Origin: Octopus vulgaris | Lineage: Eukaryota | Reading direction: 5' to 3' | Assembly: GCA_951406725.2 (NCBI GenBank) | Contig: OX597837.1 | Location: forward strand, 33,542,001 to 33,606,000 | Length of the DNA: 64,000 nucleotides | Shown here: positions 40,496-53,640 of the stretch, piece after piece | Numbering within the stretch: the stretch's first letter is position 1 | Layout: each line of letters begins with the position of its first letter | Notes under the pieces: model-generated | Databases searched by the model: none | What the model was told of the DNA's origin: nothing | What the model saw: the letters and a program-made list of their open reading frames with translations, nothing else | Program-made: the position numbers and the translations under genes

Positions 40496-41916
40496 CATCA
40501 TCATCATTTAGCATCCGCTTTCCATGCTAGCATGGGTTGGATGGTTCAACTGGGGTCTGTGAAGCCAGAAGGCTGCATCAGGCCCAGTCTGATCTGGCAG
40601 TGTTTCTACGGCTGGATGCCCTTCCTAATGCCAACCACTAAGTGTAGTGGGTGCTTTTTACGTGCCACCCGCACAGGTGCCAGACGGAGATATATATATA
40701 TATGCGTGTGTCTGTGTTAGTTCTCTACTACTACTCAACAGCCAGTATTGGTGTGTTTACATCCCTGTAATGTAGTGGCTCAGCAAGAGACCAATAGAAT
40801 AAGTATTGGGCTTAAAAAATAAGTCCTGGAGTTGATTCATTTGTCTAAAAATTCTTCATATTGCTGCCCCAGCATGGCCACAGCCCAATTGACTGCAGCA
40901 AGTAAAAGATAAGATACAGGATTGAGCAGATGGGCATGTGTAATCATAAACCTACTCACAGCCAGTTTGTGATATTGATTCAGGGTCTCCCAAACTTTGG
41001 TGACGGATGTATTTGGCAGTTGCTATGGTGACTGAGAAGCAGTTTTCCAAGGATAGTACTGCTTTCCTTTTAAGGAAGAAATATCTAGAAAACCTAGCTT
41101 GCCTATTTCTGGAACCAGCCTGCAGCCCTGAATGTTTTGTCTTTCGTACGATTTCAGTGTGACGTCCTACGAATCTGCAATGTTCCAAGAAGTTGCATTC
41201 TACAATGTGTGTTTACAAACACACACACACACACACATTGTTTATGTTTTCCAGTTTCAGCTCTTGAGCTGTGGCCATGCTGGGGCACTGCCATATATAT
41301 ATATATATATATATATACACATGTGTGTATATATTTGTATACATTCATACATGTATACATATATGCTTACACACCAGCCGAAATTGCAAAGATAATCTGG
41401 TACTTGACTGAGGAAAGAAGACTTCGAATGACCTGTCCTTGGTTTCTTTGTATCGTCTATCTGGATGTTTTGTGTTCTTATCCCATTTTGTATTTTATAT
41501 ATATATATATATCATCATCATCGTTTAGCGTCCGCTTTCCATACACACACACATACATATATAAACATTTATCCAGACAAATCCTTGCCATTGTGTTCAG
41601 CTTCAACCTGAGGTCTTGTGTTATGTATCTATCTTGTATCTTAGTTGGAATGGTGGAATTGTGTCTGTGTATCTATTTGGCTGTCAATCTGTCTGCCAAT
41701 TCAGTTATCTTTAGTCGTAGATCTAAGGTGTCTCTACAAATCTCGAATGCAACACACACACAATACATTAAGAAATCCACACTGGTTGTCAAGCTATGGT
41801 AGAGGACACACAGGACGGGCTTCTTTCAGTTTTCGTCTACCAAATCCATTCGCAATGTTTTGGTCACCCTGAAGCTCAAGTGGAAAACATTTTCCACCAA
41901 GCTGCCACGCATATAT

Positions 41917-42380
41917 GACACGTACGTCCACATTGTATATTGAACCAACCGAAATTGCGAGGATAATCTGGTACTTGACCGAGGAAAGAAAACTTCGAAC
42001 GACCCGTCCTTGTTTTCTTTGTATCGTCTATCCGGATGTTTTGTTGTCCCCTTTTTGTGTCACCTAGTTGTCCGGATGTTTTGCGTTCTTGTCCCATTTT
42101 GTATTTTATATATATAGCCAATAGCGTGGGATTATCAATCCGGACACGTACGTCCACATTGTATATTGAACCAGCCGAAATTGCGAGGATAATCTGGTTC
42201 TTGACTGAGGATAGAGGGCTTTGAATGACCCGTCCTTGTTTTCTTTGTATCGTCTATCCGGATGTTTTGTTGTCCCCTTTTTGTATCACCTAGTTGTCCG
42301 GATGTTTTGCGTTCTTGTCCCATTTTGTATTTTATATATATATATATATAGCCAATAGCGTGGGATTATCAATCCGGACA
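41917..42380. repeat. Tandem duplication of a ~226-bp unit (partial third copy at ~41373-41500)
   Basis: GACACGTACGTCCACATTGTATATTGAACC starts at 41917 and 42143. Confidence 0.9.
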
Positions 42381-42556
42381 AAATACTTTATAAGCTCTCA
42401 GTTGGCTCACCAGGCTAACAATATTATTCACATCAGTGAAGAACTCCACGTATTCTTATAGCAGGTTCCAAGCTTATGGTTCGTCACAATTCTATATAGT
42501 AAATTCGTGGTTGGGCTCCAGACAAACTGGGTTTTACACGGTGATATATATAAGTC

Positions 42557-42790
42557 AAGGCGGCGAGGTGGTAGAAACGTTAGTATGCCGGGCGAAATGC
42601 TTTGTGGTACTTCCGTCTGCCGTTACGTTCTGAGTTCAAATTCCGCCGAGGTTGACTTTGCCTTTCATCCTTTCGAGGTCGATAAATTAAGTACCAGTTA
42701 CGCACTGGGGTCGATCTAATCGACTTAATCCGTTTGTTTGTCCTTATTTGTCCTCTCTGTGTTTAGCCCCTTGTGGGTAATAAAGAAATA
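42557..42790 (+). mobile_element. SINE with Nin/Deu-like central domain
   Basis: GAGTTCAAATTCC B-box and GCCTTTCATCCTTTCGAGGTCGATAAATTAAGTACCAG. Minus-strand copies at ~52390-52600 and ~53135-53743. The domain name is from recall. Confidence 0.7.
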
Positions 42791-43953
42791 TATATATATA
42801 TAAGTCAAGGAATAAGTCATGGTCCTTACATATTTTTCCTATATATATGGTGGACACAATACTGCAGTCGTTGTTTGATATTTCCCTATAAATGCAGTGA
42901 TTTAATTAATGTCTGTTATTGTTTAACTCCAGGTCAACTCCGATCAGTTACACCTGCGTATAATTAAAAGCATTCTATCCGTCTTTCCTCTGCCATAGTG
43001 TATCGAGGACTACATTATCTGACGATCTTTTTTTTCCAAGATGTTACTATTTCTGCTGTTCCACTAACCACGTAGGCGCTCCCTCCGTTTTTGTTGTTTA
43101 GGCCCAGGTTCATACTTTCTCGAATAGACTTAACACCGAAAGCGTTCCAGCTGTGACGATCTCGTCTTTTATCTTTTAAACCTGTATATCTGAGACTGTA
43201 TTATTGATCGTCGTTTCTCCCCATCCCCTCAACCTTGCTTTTTAAACAATAAAATGTGATTCGAGGGAGGATTTAGCTGTTGTTTCTTGTCGCTGTATCT
43301 ACTACATAAGATGCCATGCGTGTATGAATATGTCTTTGTGTATGTATGTGTATGTCGCAATTAATCTTGGGGATTCTACGCTTCTTTTTAGACTTAGAAG
43401 CAGTCTTCGTTGCATACAGCTGTTTGTATGTACATGTATGTACGCACGTGTACACGCACATCAAAATCATATATATATAGCCCGTGTGTGTATATATATA
43501 TATGTGTGTGTGTTTATAAATTATATATACACTGAAATGTGATTTTAAGCTTTGGGCCCGATTCCAAGTAGTCTTATACATCTACACGGGCACAGAATAC
43601 ACACTTTGTCTGCTTCTTAAGAGATGATGTGTTGTAATGAAGACAGTCTTATCAAGAGGATTATTTAATCATTTAAAGATTGCACACACTGTTATGTAGA
43701 CTTACAACCGTTATATACACTTACACATACACCCATGCTGTTTTATACATACATGCACTTGCTCATTTATTGTAATATATATATATATAGCGAGAGGCCG
43801 ACAGACAGAGCAGTCACTCAATCTATTTAACACATTGTGTTAATTAGAGTTCATTAAATTTTTGCATTTGTTAAATACTGTGAATTTCCACACGCCAGAA
43901 GAGTGTGTATATAGACACTCTCACACCTCTTACCCTTTCCCCTTCTCTCTATT

Positions 43954-44048
<95 letters not shown>

Positions 44049-44071
44049 GTCTGTCTGTCTATCTATCTATA

Positions 44072-44120
<49 letters not shown>

Positions 44121-45089
44121 GTCTGTCTATCTACATACATACATACATACACACACGTACAATAAATACACAGCTATTTTGGTAAATGCAGTATACATAT
44201 GTGTATGTATATTGTTTATATCTGTCTATATATTTATGTGTGTGTATGTATGTACACCCTTAAAACTAGGAACTTTTCATCGCTCCCACGTATATATAAA
44301 CTATTCTGCTCTACGCGATGCATATATACATGTGTATGCGTTTATATATTATTCGGTTGTAATGTTATTTAAGTGACGGATCTTTTCGGTTTGAACGGCA
44401 GTTTTTTAAAATAATTTTCACGTAACTAGACACACACACACATTTATGAAAACACTCAACAGTATGTACAAGTATGTATATATTTCGTTAATGTGTGTAT
44501 GTGCGCGAGAGGACAATGGATTTAGAAAAGCGTGCAAAACCTCAAGAGGCTTCTACAGTTTTTGTGTGGGGCAAAGCATCTCAAAGGTTTATTTCAACTA
44601 TACATATTGGTAAATAGCACATACACACACACAATATGTACACGTGTGTATGTATTACAGGCGCAGATGAGTGGCTGTGTGGTAAGAAGCTTGCTCACCA
44701 ACCACATGCTTCCGGGTTCAGTCCCACTCCATGGCACCTTGAGCAAGTGTCTTCTACTAAGGCTTCGGGCCGACCAAAGCCTTGTGAGTGGATTTGGTAG
44801 AGGAAACTGAAAGAAACCCGTCGCATAATGTGTGTGTGTATTTGTGTGTTTATGTCCCGATGACCTAGCGGTTCGGCAAAAAAGACCAATAGAATAAGTA
44901 CTCGACTTACAAAAAATAAGTTTTGGGGTCGATTTGTTCGACTAAAGGCGGTACTCCAGCAAGGCCACAGGCAAATGACTGAAACAAGTAAAAGAATGTG
45001 TGTGTGCGTGTATACTACTGTTATTATAGTATATACATGTTTATGAGTATATTTAGCTATTCATATATACCCTCGTCCATTATACAAGA

Positions 45090-45232
45090 CGTGGTTCCCA
45101 ACCCCTTTATTTAAATGAATTTTCAGATGGACCCCTTTTAATATGTTTATCCTTATATATAGATATATGAAATTTTGGATTTAGTTCACTGATCCCTAGT
45201 ACTGCCTTTGCGGACCCTGTATTGGGAACCAC
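45090..45232. mobile_element. Short hAT-like MITE
   Basis: GTGGTTCCCAA...TTGGGAACCAC inverted termini with GGACCC subterminal motifs. A similar remnant lies at ~2469-3200. Confidence 0.5.
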
Positions 45233-45461
45233 AGGACTAGACGTTTGTTGTCTGTATATTTTCTATGGAAGACTGTCAGGCTGTCTTGGTCGGGGACAAA
45301 CAATTATTTTGGGTCTTTTTTTAATTCACAACATATGTCTTTCTTCCATTTTAGAATAACATCTTAACATGATAATGACGATGATGATGATGTTCTTAGC
45401 GACTGTTTCCACAAAACTAAAATACCTTCTAACGTTATATATATATTTATTTTATAGAAGG

Positions 45462-45512
45462 AGCTTCTACAGGACTAGTACTGTTTCATTCAAATGAAAT
45501 CATCAGGAAGCT
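45462..45512 (-). ncRNA. Identical hammerhead motif on the opposite strand (mirror arm of the palindrome)
   Basis: 45445-45510 is the exact reverse complement of 45511-45576. Confidence 0.65.
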
Positions 45513-45559
45513 TCCTGATGATTTCATTTGAATGAAACAGTACTAGTCCTGTAGAAGCT
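45509..45559 (+). ncRNA. Type I hammerhead ribozyme motif (Penelope-like element terminus type)
   Basis: AGCTTC-CTGATGA-tTTCatttGAAt-GAAA-CAG-tactagtc-CTG-TA/GAAGCT. Stem I is 6 bp, both core boxes are intact, stem III is ACAG/CTGT, and the GUA cleavage triplet predicts a cut after 45553. Confidence 0.7.
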
Positions 45560-45644
45560 CCTTCTATAAAATAAATTAATTTACTCTGCTATGTATTGAG
45601 TACCTTATTTACTGTGGTTAACCCCGACTCAACCCGGGACCTAC

Positions 45645-45703
<59 letters not shown>

Positions 45704-45860
45704 CATACATACATACACATATATTCACACATAAATATATATATATACATACATACATACACATATATTCACACATAAATATATATACACATACATATAT
45801 ATATATACACACACATATATACACATATACATACACACACACACATATATATATATATAT

Positions 45861-45913
<53 letters not shown>

Positions 45914-46090
45914 TATATATATACATACACACACACATATACACACACACACACACATATATACATACACATATATACAGTTTGAAAAGTAGAATACCCG
46001 AAACTCGTCCCAAGAGTCACTTAGGATCTTTTCGGTTTGAACGGCAGTTTTTCATCGCCTATATATATTCATACTATGTATGTACGCATG

Positions 46091-46142
<52 letters not shown>

Positions 46143-47172
46143 TCTCACATGCATACGGATGCACATACATACATACAATTTATAATTCTTCTTTCACATT
46201 TCCCTTTCAATTCCTCCTCTTTCCACTCCTCACTCTCTCTCTCCCTCTCTCATCCATTCACCTCTATCTCTCTTCCTCCTACTTCGTTGCATTTCCGTCC
46301 TCCCCCTCTCACTATATTCTTAATGTCTTATCTACACGTAGAACTGATAGCTTTCGGTTATTCCTTTTTTTTTTTTTGTATACTTATGTTGGTAGGGAGG
46401 TGGTGGTGGTGTGTTGTTAATCACTGGGTGGCGGCTGCTGCTGTGGTTGTGCGAAGATTTGGCTGCTATTTCTAGCGGGTCGTTGAGCGACCGCATAGAT
46501 CAGGCAGGGACAAGCTTTTTCGAGAAACGGGTCGCATGAGACATTGCTCCTCATTAGGCTCGTGGCACTACTTTAAAAAAAAAATTCAAGATAATCTTTC
46601 ATTAGGCATGCCGTTCAAAACGCCCTGCGGGCCGCAGGTTGCTCGTGTCTGACCTAGAGTCTCCCTCATTGTTACTGGTGGTGTTGAAATTACTTTATTA
46701 CTTGTTAGGGAAGGAGCTGCCAACAACGAGGTGGTGGTATTGTGTCTGGTTGGTAGGGAAATGGTAGTAGCAGTTGTGTTTGTTTTCCTTTTGTTGGTAG
46801 GGTTGCATGCAGGCGTGGATGTGTGGTAAGAAGCTTGCTTCTCAATCACGTGGTTCTGGGTTCAGTCCCTCTGCATGGCACTTTAGGCTCTCAGGCCGAC
46901 CAAAGCCTTGTGAGTGGATTTGGTAGATGGAAACTGAAACAATCCCGTCGTATATGTGCGTCTGACTGGCTCCCATGCCAGTGGAACGTAAAAATCACCC
47001 ACTACACCCTTGGAATGGTTGGCGTTAGGAAGGGCATCCAGCTGTAGAAACATTGCCAGATCAGATTAGAGCCAGGTGCGGCCTCCTGGCTTGCCAGTTC
47101 CCAGTAAAACAGACCAACCAATGCCAGTATGGGAAACTGACATTAAACGATGATGATGAATATATATATATA

Positions 47173-47552
47173 CACTACCGTCAGAAATTAATTAGCACCC
47201 TTGATTTGCTCTTCACTCAAGGTATGTGCTGTCACCTAGTGGCCATATCTCGAACTATTGCTTTGTTGCGAGTTCACTGTTGCGCAGAACGATGACGTAA
47301 CTTTGTTTGCAGAGCAGTTTGAGAGTCTACAGCCTTATGATGTTGACATAGCAGTGCAACAACAACTTGGAGTGCGGATGCAGACAAATCTTCCTTTGTT
47401 TAATAGATATAGGTAGCACCTCGCAAGGACCGAAATCACACCATACTAAGTTTTCTCATCTCGTAAGACGTTTTGAACAGCTCATAGGTTAATTGATTTA
47501 ACCTATTTAATGTAGAAATTTGAGAAGTGCTAATTAATTTCTGACGCAAGTG
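47173..47552. mobile_element. Tc1/mariner-type MITE
   Basis: 26-bp TIR CACTACCGTCAGAAATTAATTAGCAC (24/26 match), with TA on both sides. Confidence 0.8.
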
Positions 47553-48514
47553 TATGTTCCTACCCTGCTGTCATTTCTTCGGATACAATGCTACACTGGG
47601 TTCAAAACAGCATCATCATAGCTTATAAGACACATTTTTTTACCCAAAAATGGCTTAAAAATCCCCCTGCATGCAATGCAGGCTCAAAACTCACCTACAG
47701 TATGTGCTGCCATCTGTTGGTGAACAATCACCTACTTTATGTTTATATCGAATGTGGATGCAATAACTTGCTTATAATTACTGATAATAACTTAGTCATT
47801 CAGGTAAGTGGAGGAATTTAAGCATTATTTTAGTGGTAATTTATTTTACAAAAGTATAGCCTAGGGTAGGGTGTGTCCAATGCACTCATGTGTCTTATAG
47901 GCCATCAAATACGGTAATTTCACTGAGGAAGACTTATAACTCTGAAACATGGTGAGAGTTATCACTTACTGCTAAGAGATTCTCTCCCTTCTGCATTTTA
48001 TATTTAATTAAGTAAAATTTCAGCCTTGTTTCCTTTGCCTTATTTTCACTTGGAATTAGTGATTGGGTGATGTCAATTTTCTTTAACTAATTATTCTTAT
48101 TCTTGGCTTAATACATCAGATGTGCTAGCAACTGTTTTGTGGCTGTGAGATAAGAAGCTTGCTTCCCAACCACATGGTTCCAGGTTCAGTCCCACTGTGT
48201 GGCACTTTGGGCATCTTCTATTATAACCTCGGGCTGACCAAAGCCTTGAGAGTGGATTTGGTAGACGGAAACTGAAAGAGGCCCATCACATATATATACG
48301 TATATGTATGTGTGTTTGTGTTTGACCCCCACACCATCGCTTGACAACCGATGTTGGTGTGTTTATGTCCCTGTAACTTAGTGGTTGGCAAAAAGAGATT
48401 GATAGAATAAGTACTAGGCTTACAAAGAATATGTCCCGGGGTTGATTTGTTCGACTAAAGGCGATGCTGCAGCATGGCCACAGTCAAATGACTGAAACAA
48501 ATAAAAGAATACAT

Positions 48515-48546
<32 letters not shown>

Positions 48547-49762
48547 AATGTATCTTTTTTGGTCATTAGATTATGACTATGATGGTTTATCTTGAAGGGT
48601 TTTGTCAACCAAATTAACTCCAGTAATTTTTTTTTTGTTTTTAATATGGTACTTGTTCTGTTGAACTCATTTGCTGAACTGCTAAGTTACAGGGATGTAA
48701 ACAAACCAACACTGATTGTTAAGCAGTGGAGTACAAAGATATGTACTTGGGCTGACCAAAGCCTTGAGAGTGGATTTGGTAGACGGAAACTGAAAGAAGC
48801 CCATCACATATATATACATATATATATGTATGTATTTGTGTGTTTGTGTTTGACCCCTGCACCATGCATAAGAAAATCTGTATGTAATCCTAGCAGTTAG
48901 GTTAATGAAATACGTGTATGTTACTTAAAGCATAAAATACCATTTATGTTTTCTTTATTTCATAAGTACTGTTACAGGGTCCATATTCCACAGTCTGAGA
49001 CCACGTGGTCGGGAAGCAAACTTCTTAACCACAAAGCCAACCCTGCATCCATAGTCAAGCTTTTGCCTTTAGGCATGTGTGCGAGTGTCACCCAGTCCAT
49101 GATGTAAAATAGTTGGTGTTGGGAAGGGCTCGATGAAGTCCTTGGATATATCAGATCCTATCAAACTGTCCGACCCATGCCAGCGTGGAACACGGATGTA
49201 AAATGAGGTTGATGATGATGATGATAATGGTGATGATATATACGTGTTTTGCTTCATGTTGGATGAATGGGAAAGGAGTGCTCAGGGTATGGTCTTTGAT
49301 TAAAACCAACACTGAAAGTTTGTCTCATGACTCCAAACAGGGGCACAAAACTGGAGTCATGAGGCACTCTCTCATCTTGAGTTTCAAGACAAACAAAAAT
49401 GTGTGGATGTGTTTTATGTTAGCAGAAAAGTCTCTCTCCTGGTGGAACTTTAGTCTAATTCATGCTTATATATAGATATACTGATGTGTTCATATCATTG
49501 GTATTATGCAAAAGTGTCGTAAGTCCAAAACATTGCTTTTTCAGAAAACAAAAAAACAGTTTCACCATTCCATGGCAAAACCATTGTACTATTTTTGACA
49601 ATTTTTGATATCTTGGCATCAGAAACAGCTGGAGATACGATAGTTTGACCAAAAGAACCGGCTATTGCAAGCAAAAATATATAATGAAAAAAATACATTT
49701 GACCAAATTTGGACATCCACATATTCTTTTATTTGTTTGTCATTTGACAGCGGCCATACTGG

Positions 49763-49803
<41 letters not shown>

Positions 49804-50888
49804 CACACATATGTGTGTGTGTAAATATATATATATTTATATATGTATATATACACACACACACACATATTGGACTTTCAGTTTCCGTCAATCAAATTCA
49901 CTCACAAAGCTTTGGTTGGCCTGAAGCTATAGTTGAAGACACTTGCCCAAGGTGCCATGCAGTGGGACTGAATCCAGAACCGTGATTGGGAAGCAAACAT
50001 CTTACCACTCAGCCACTCCTGTGCATGTATATTTCTATTTAACCATTGTCCCTCCTTGTTGACTTTGATTAGACAGTTTGACAGCATCCAACAAGTCAGA
50101 GAACTGCATCATGCTCCAATGTCTCTTTCGGCATGGTCTCTAAGCCAGGATGCCCTTCATGATAGCAACCACTTTTTTAGAGTATACTGGGTGCATTTTT
50201 CATGTCGCACCAGCATCAGTGATGTCACCTGGCAACTTGCATTTAAGGCCCCTGGAAAAAATGGGAGAGAGTGAGTGTGATGATTACAGGCAAGATGATG
50301 TGAGAAACAAATTTGTAGCTGTGAGGGGTTGTGGGGGGGAGTGAGAAAGTAGAGGTTATTAGAGGAGGGTGTATGAAAGGGACAGGGGGAAGAGATTAGT
50401 GTCAAGGGTTAGAGAGAGAGAGAAAGAAAGAGACAGTGGTAAGAATGATGAGGCGGGTTGCATAGAGAGGGGTCCAGGAATGTCCCATACAGAGGCAGTG
50501 ATAAGCGACCGAGATCTTTGGCGATATAATACACTAGAGAAAACCTGTCAAGCCAAGTGAGATCGTAGTTGTGACCAGTGCCAGTGTTATGCAACTGGCA
50601 CCTGTGCCAGTGGCACATAAAAAGCACTTGCTGCACTGTTGGGGTGGTTGGTGTTAGGAAGGGCATCCAGCCATAGAGACCATGCCAAATCAGATTGGGT
50701 CCTAATGCTGCTCCCTAGCTTACCAGTTTTCAGTGAAACCGTCCAACTCATGCCAGCATGGAAAGCAGACTTTAAAAGATGTATGTGTGTGGGTGTGTGC
50801 TCGGTTGGTAGGAAATGTACGGAGTCTTTCAATGTATCTTTTTTTTTTTTTACATGGCTGATTGTATATGTAATACACATCCAATGTA

Positions 50889-51051
50889 GGCGCAGGAGTG
50901 GCTGTGTGGTAAGTAGCTTGCTAACCAACCACATGGTTCCGGGTTCAGTCCCACTGCGTGGCACCTTGGGCAAGTGTCTTCTGCTATAGCACCGGGCCGA
51001 CCAATGCCTTGTGAGTGGATTTGGTAGACGGAAACTGAAAGAAGCCTGTCG

Positions 51052-51107
<56 letters not shown>

Positions 51108-51325
51108 GTGTGTGTGTATATGTCTGTGTTTGTCCCCTTAGCATTGCTTCACAACCGATGCTGGTGTGTTTACGTCCCTGTAGCTTAGTGGTTCGGCAAA
51201 AAAGACCAATAGAATAAGTACTGGGCTTACAAAAAGAATAAGTCCCGGGGTCGATTTGCTCGACTAAAAGGCGGTGCTCCAGCATGGCCGCAGTCAAATG
51301 ACTGAAACAAGTAAAAGAGTAAAAG
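50889..51325 (+). mobile_element. tRNA-derived SINE with CORE-like body, full length (most abundant family)
   Basis: Head GGCGCAGGAGTGGCTGTGTGGTAAG...GGTTCAGTCCC, internal (TA)n and GTAAAAGA tail, TSD AATGTA. Other copies at approximately 34617-34890, 39341-39650, 40314-40910, 44659-44996, 46810-46950, 48139-48510, 49875-50025(-), 53253-53640, 59180-59597(-), 59605-59957(-), 61490-61850 and 63202-63800. Confidence 0.9.
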
Positions 51326-52721
51326 AATGTAATTTGTGTGTCACCACCTCTTCTTCTGCTTTGCTTCTGTTCTTGTACCATCATGGTCATTCTTGCCTCC
51401 TTACAGTACTTTAAGCTGTGATTGTGACTATAATATTCTCTATGTTTGATGTATTGTCGTCCCTCACTTCTTCCCCGTCTCTCCCCTCTATACTACACCT
51501 ATCACTTTCACTCTATCCTATTTAGTGACTCTCCTTGTTCTCTCTTCTTCTTCTCTTCAGTGAATCCATTCCCTCATCTTGAGTTTTCACCCCAGTTTCT
51601 CCACTCTTGGCTGAGGCAGTCAAGCAACAGAACATTCCACTCTACAGTCCGTATGATAAATACTATGTTCAACAACAATCCATATAACAAACTCTACCAA
51701 TTTCCCCATCTTTATATTGATTGATTGATTGATTGATCTTTCCATGACGTGGAAACCATCGATATTTTCTTCTTTTCCACTTCCTTCCCCTAAGGTCTTC
51801 TAATAAAACCATAATCTGTTCTTCAGAACCCATGATAAAAGATTTCTCTGGCTCAACAAACCAGTTAAGATTTTGGCAGCTGAGCAAACCAGTTACTAAA
51901 AATTTTGGCAGCTCACCACTCTCTGTATGCGTGAGATATATATGTATGTCTATATGTATAAGTAAAGGTATATCTGTATATGTGTGTATATGTACATATA
52001 TGTATGTATTTGTGTGAATATATGGGTATGTTGTTATGTCTGATACACCACCACCTTTCTACACTCCTTGTAAGTATTGATTTTGTGTGATTGATTGTCT
52101 ATATCTTTGATTGGGGGTGTGTGTATGTGTCTCTCTGTATGTCTGGTTGTGTATGAACACAGGTTGGTCAGCGATTCACTGGACACAGTGTTGTCGAACA
52201 TAATCAGCCCAATGTTGCAACATCATCTTGATAATAACGGTTGGTTTGGTCTCTGCGTTGTATGTGGAACAGTATTTATAGTTCTTATATAGTACAACCC
52301 TAGGTCAGATGCCTACTAAGTGTACCTATGATCGAAGATGTCTTAGTCATGACCATCCAGCCTTATTTTTCTTTGATTTATATTTTGAAATATATATTTC
52401 TTTACTACCCACAAGGGGCTAAACATAGAGGGGACAGACAAGGACAGACAAAGGGATTAAGTCGATTACATCGACCCAGTGTGTAACTGATACTTTATTT
52501 ATCGACCCCCGGAAGGACGAAAAGCAAAGTCGACCTCGGCGGAATTTAAACTCAGAACGTAACGACAGACGAAATACCGCTAAGCCTTTCACCCGGCGTG
52601 AAATATAGTAGGGGGCATCACTTGAGGTGATGCAGCTGAAGTTTCTATCAGGTCAGATTACCCTCTTGAGGCTCCCTTGTGTTGTGGAGGTTGGGGACAG
52701 AAGAAGTGAAGGCTGTGTATA

Positions 52722-52935
52722 TGAAGGGGTGCTGAAAAGTTCTTAGCTTTGGCTAAATGAAAATACAGGAGGATCAGTTAAGATTTCCTTCAACATACTC
52801 CCCTCTCAGATCCGCATACTTATTGCAGTGGCCCTTCAGTTTTTCTAAGTCCTGTAAAAAGAATTCAGAAGGTTGGGCCTCCTACCAGGCCTTTTGCAAA
52901 AGCCTTGAAGCCAGGAACTTTTCAGCACCTCCTCA
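52722..52935. mobile_element. Non-autonomous mariner MITE
   Basis: TIRs flanked by TA at 52720-52721 and 52936-52937. Confidence 0.75.
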
Positions 52936-53252
52936 TACCTAGAATGGTAGGAAGATATGTAGGTAGATGTTCTTTAGCACCATAATGTGTTTGTGTGTTT
53001 ATAGAATTGAATTCTTCAGTTTTCTTCTTTCCATTCTTTAGATTTTCTTGTTTATCTGCTTCTGATAGTTTTGCCTCTTCAGCCACCATCTTCAATTCTT
53101 CCTTCCCTGTTAAACATTATTTCCATATAAATTGGTCTCAAATTTTGACACAAGGCCAGCAATTTCAGGGAAGCAATGCAAGTCGATTACATTGACCCCA
53201 GTATGTAACTGGTACTTATTTTATCAACTCTGAAAGGATGAAACGCTAAATA

Positions 53253-53640
53253 GGCGCGGGAGTGGCTGTGTGGTAAGTAGCTTGCTAAACAACCACATGG
53301 TTCCGGGTTCAGTCCCACTGCATGGCATCTTGGGCAAGTGTCTTCTGCTATAGCCCCGGGCCGACCAATGCCTTGTGAGTGGATTTGGTAGACAGAAACT
53401 GAAAGAAGCCTGTCGTATATATGTATATATATGTATGTGTCTGTGTTTGTCCCCCTAGCATTGCTTAACAACCGATGCTGGTGTGTTTACGTCCCCGTCA
53501 CTTAGCGGTTCGGCAAAAGAGACTGATAGAATAAGTACTGGGCTTACAAAGAATAAGTCCCGGGGTCGATTTGCTCGACTAAAGGCGGTGCTCCAGCTTG
53601 GCCGCAGTCAAATGACTGAAACAAGTAAAAGAGTAAAGAG
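53253..53640 (+). mobile_element. Full-length copy of the same SINE nested in an older minus-strand SINE (~53135-53743)
   Basis: TAAAT is repeated on both sides, and the host SINE sequence resumes collinearly after 53645. Confidence 0.85.

Noticed and set aside
41400-41430. CTGAGGA-AAG-AAGA-CTT-CGAA hammerhead-like start (also ~41978 and 42205)
   Set aside because: The second box reads GAAT/GAAC, and no stem III or stem I closure follows.
44378-46052. 29-bp identical motif GGATCTTTTCGGTTTGAACGGCAGTTTTT at 44378 and 46024
   Set aside because: Same orientation with unrelated flanks; most likely solo termini of a dispersed transposon rather than LTRs.
47915-47965. Hammerhead-like CTGAGGA...GAAA
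   Set aside because: There is no valid NUH cleavage triplet in register with stem I; at best a dead relic.
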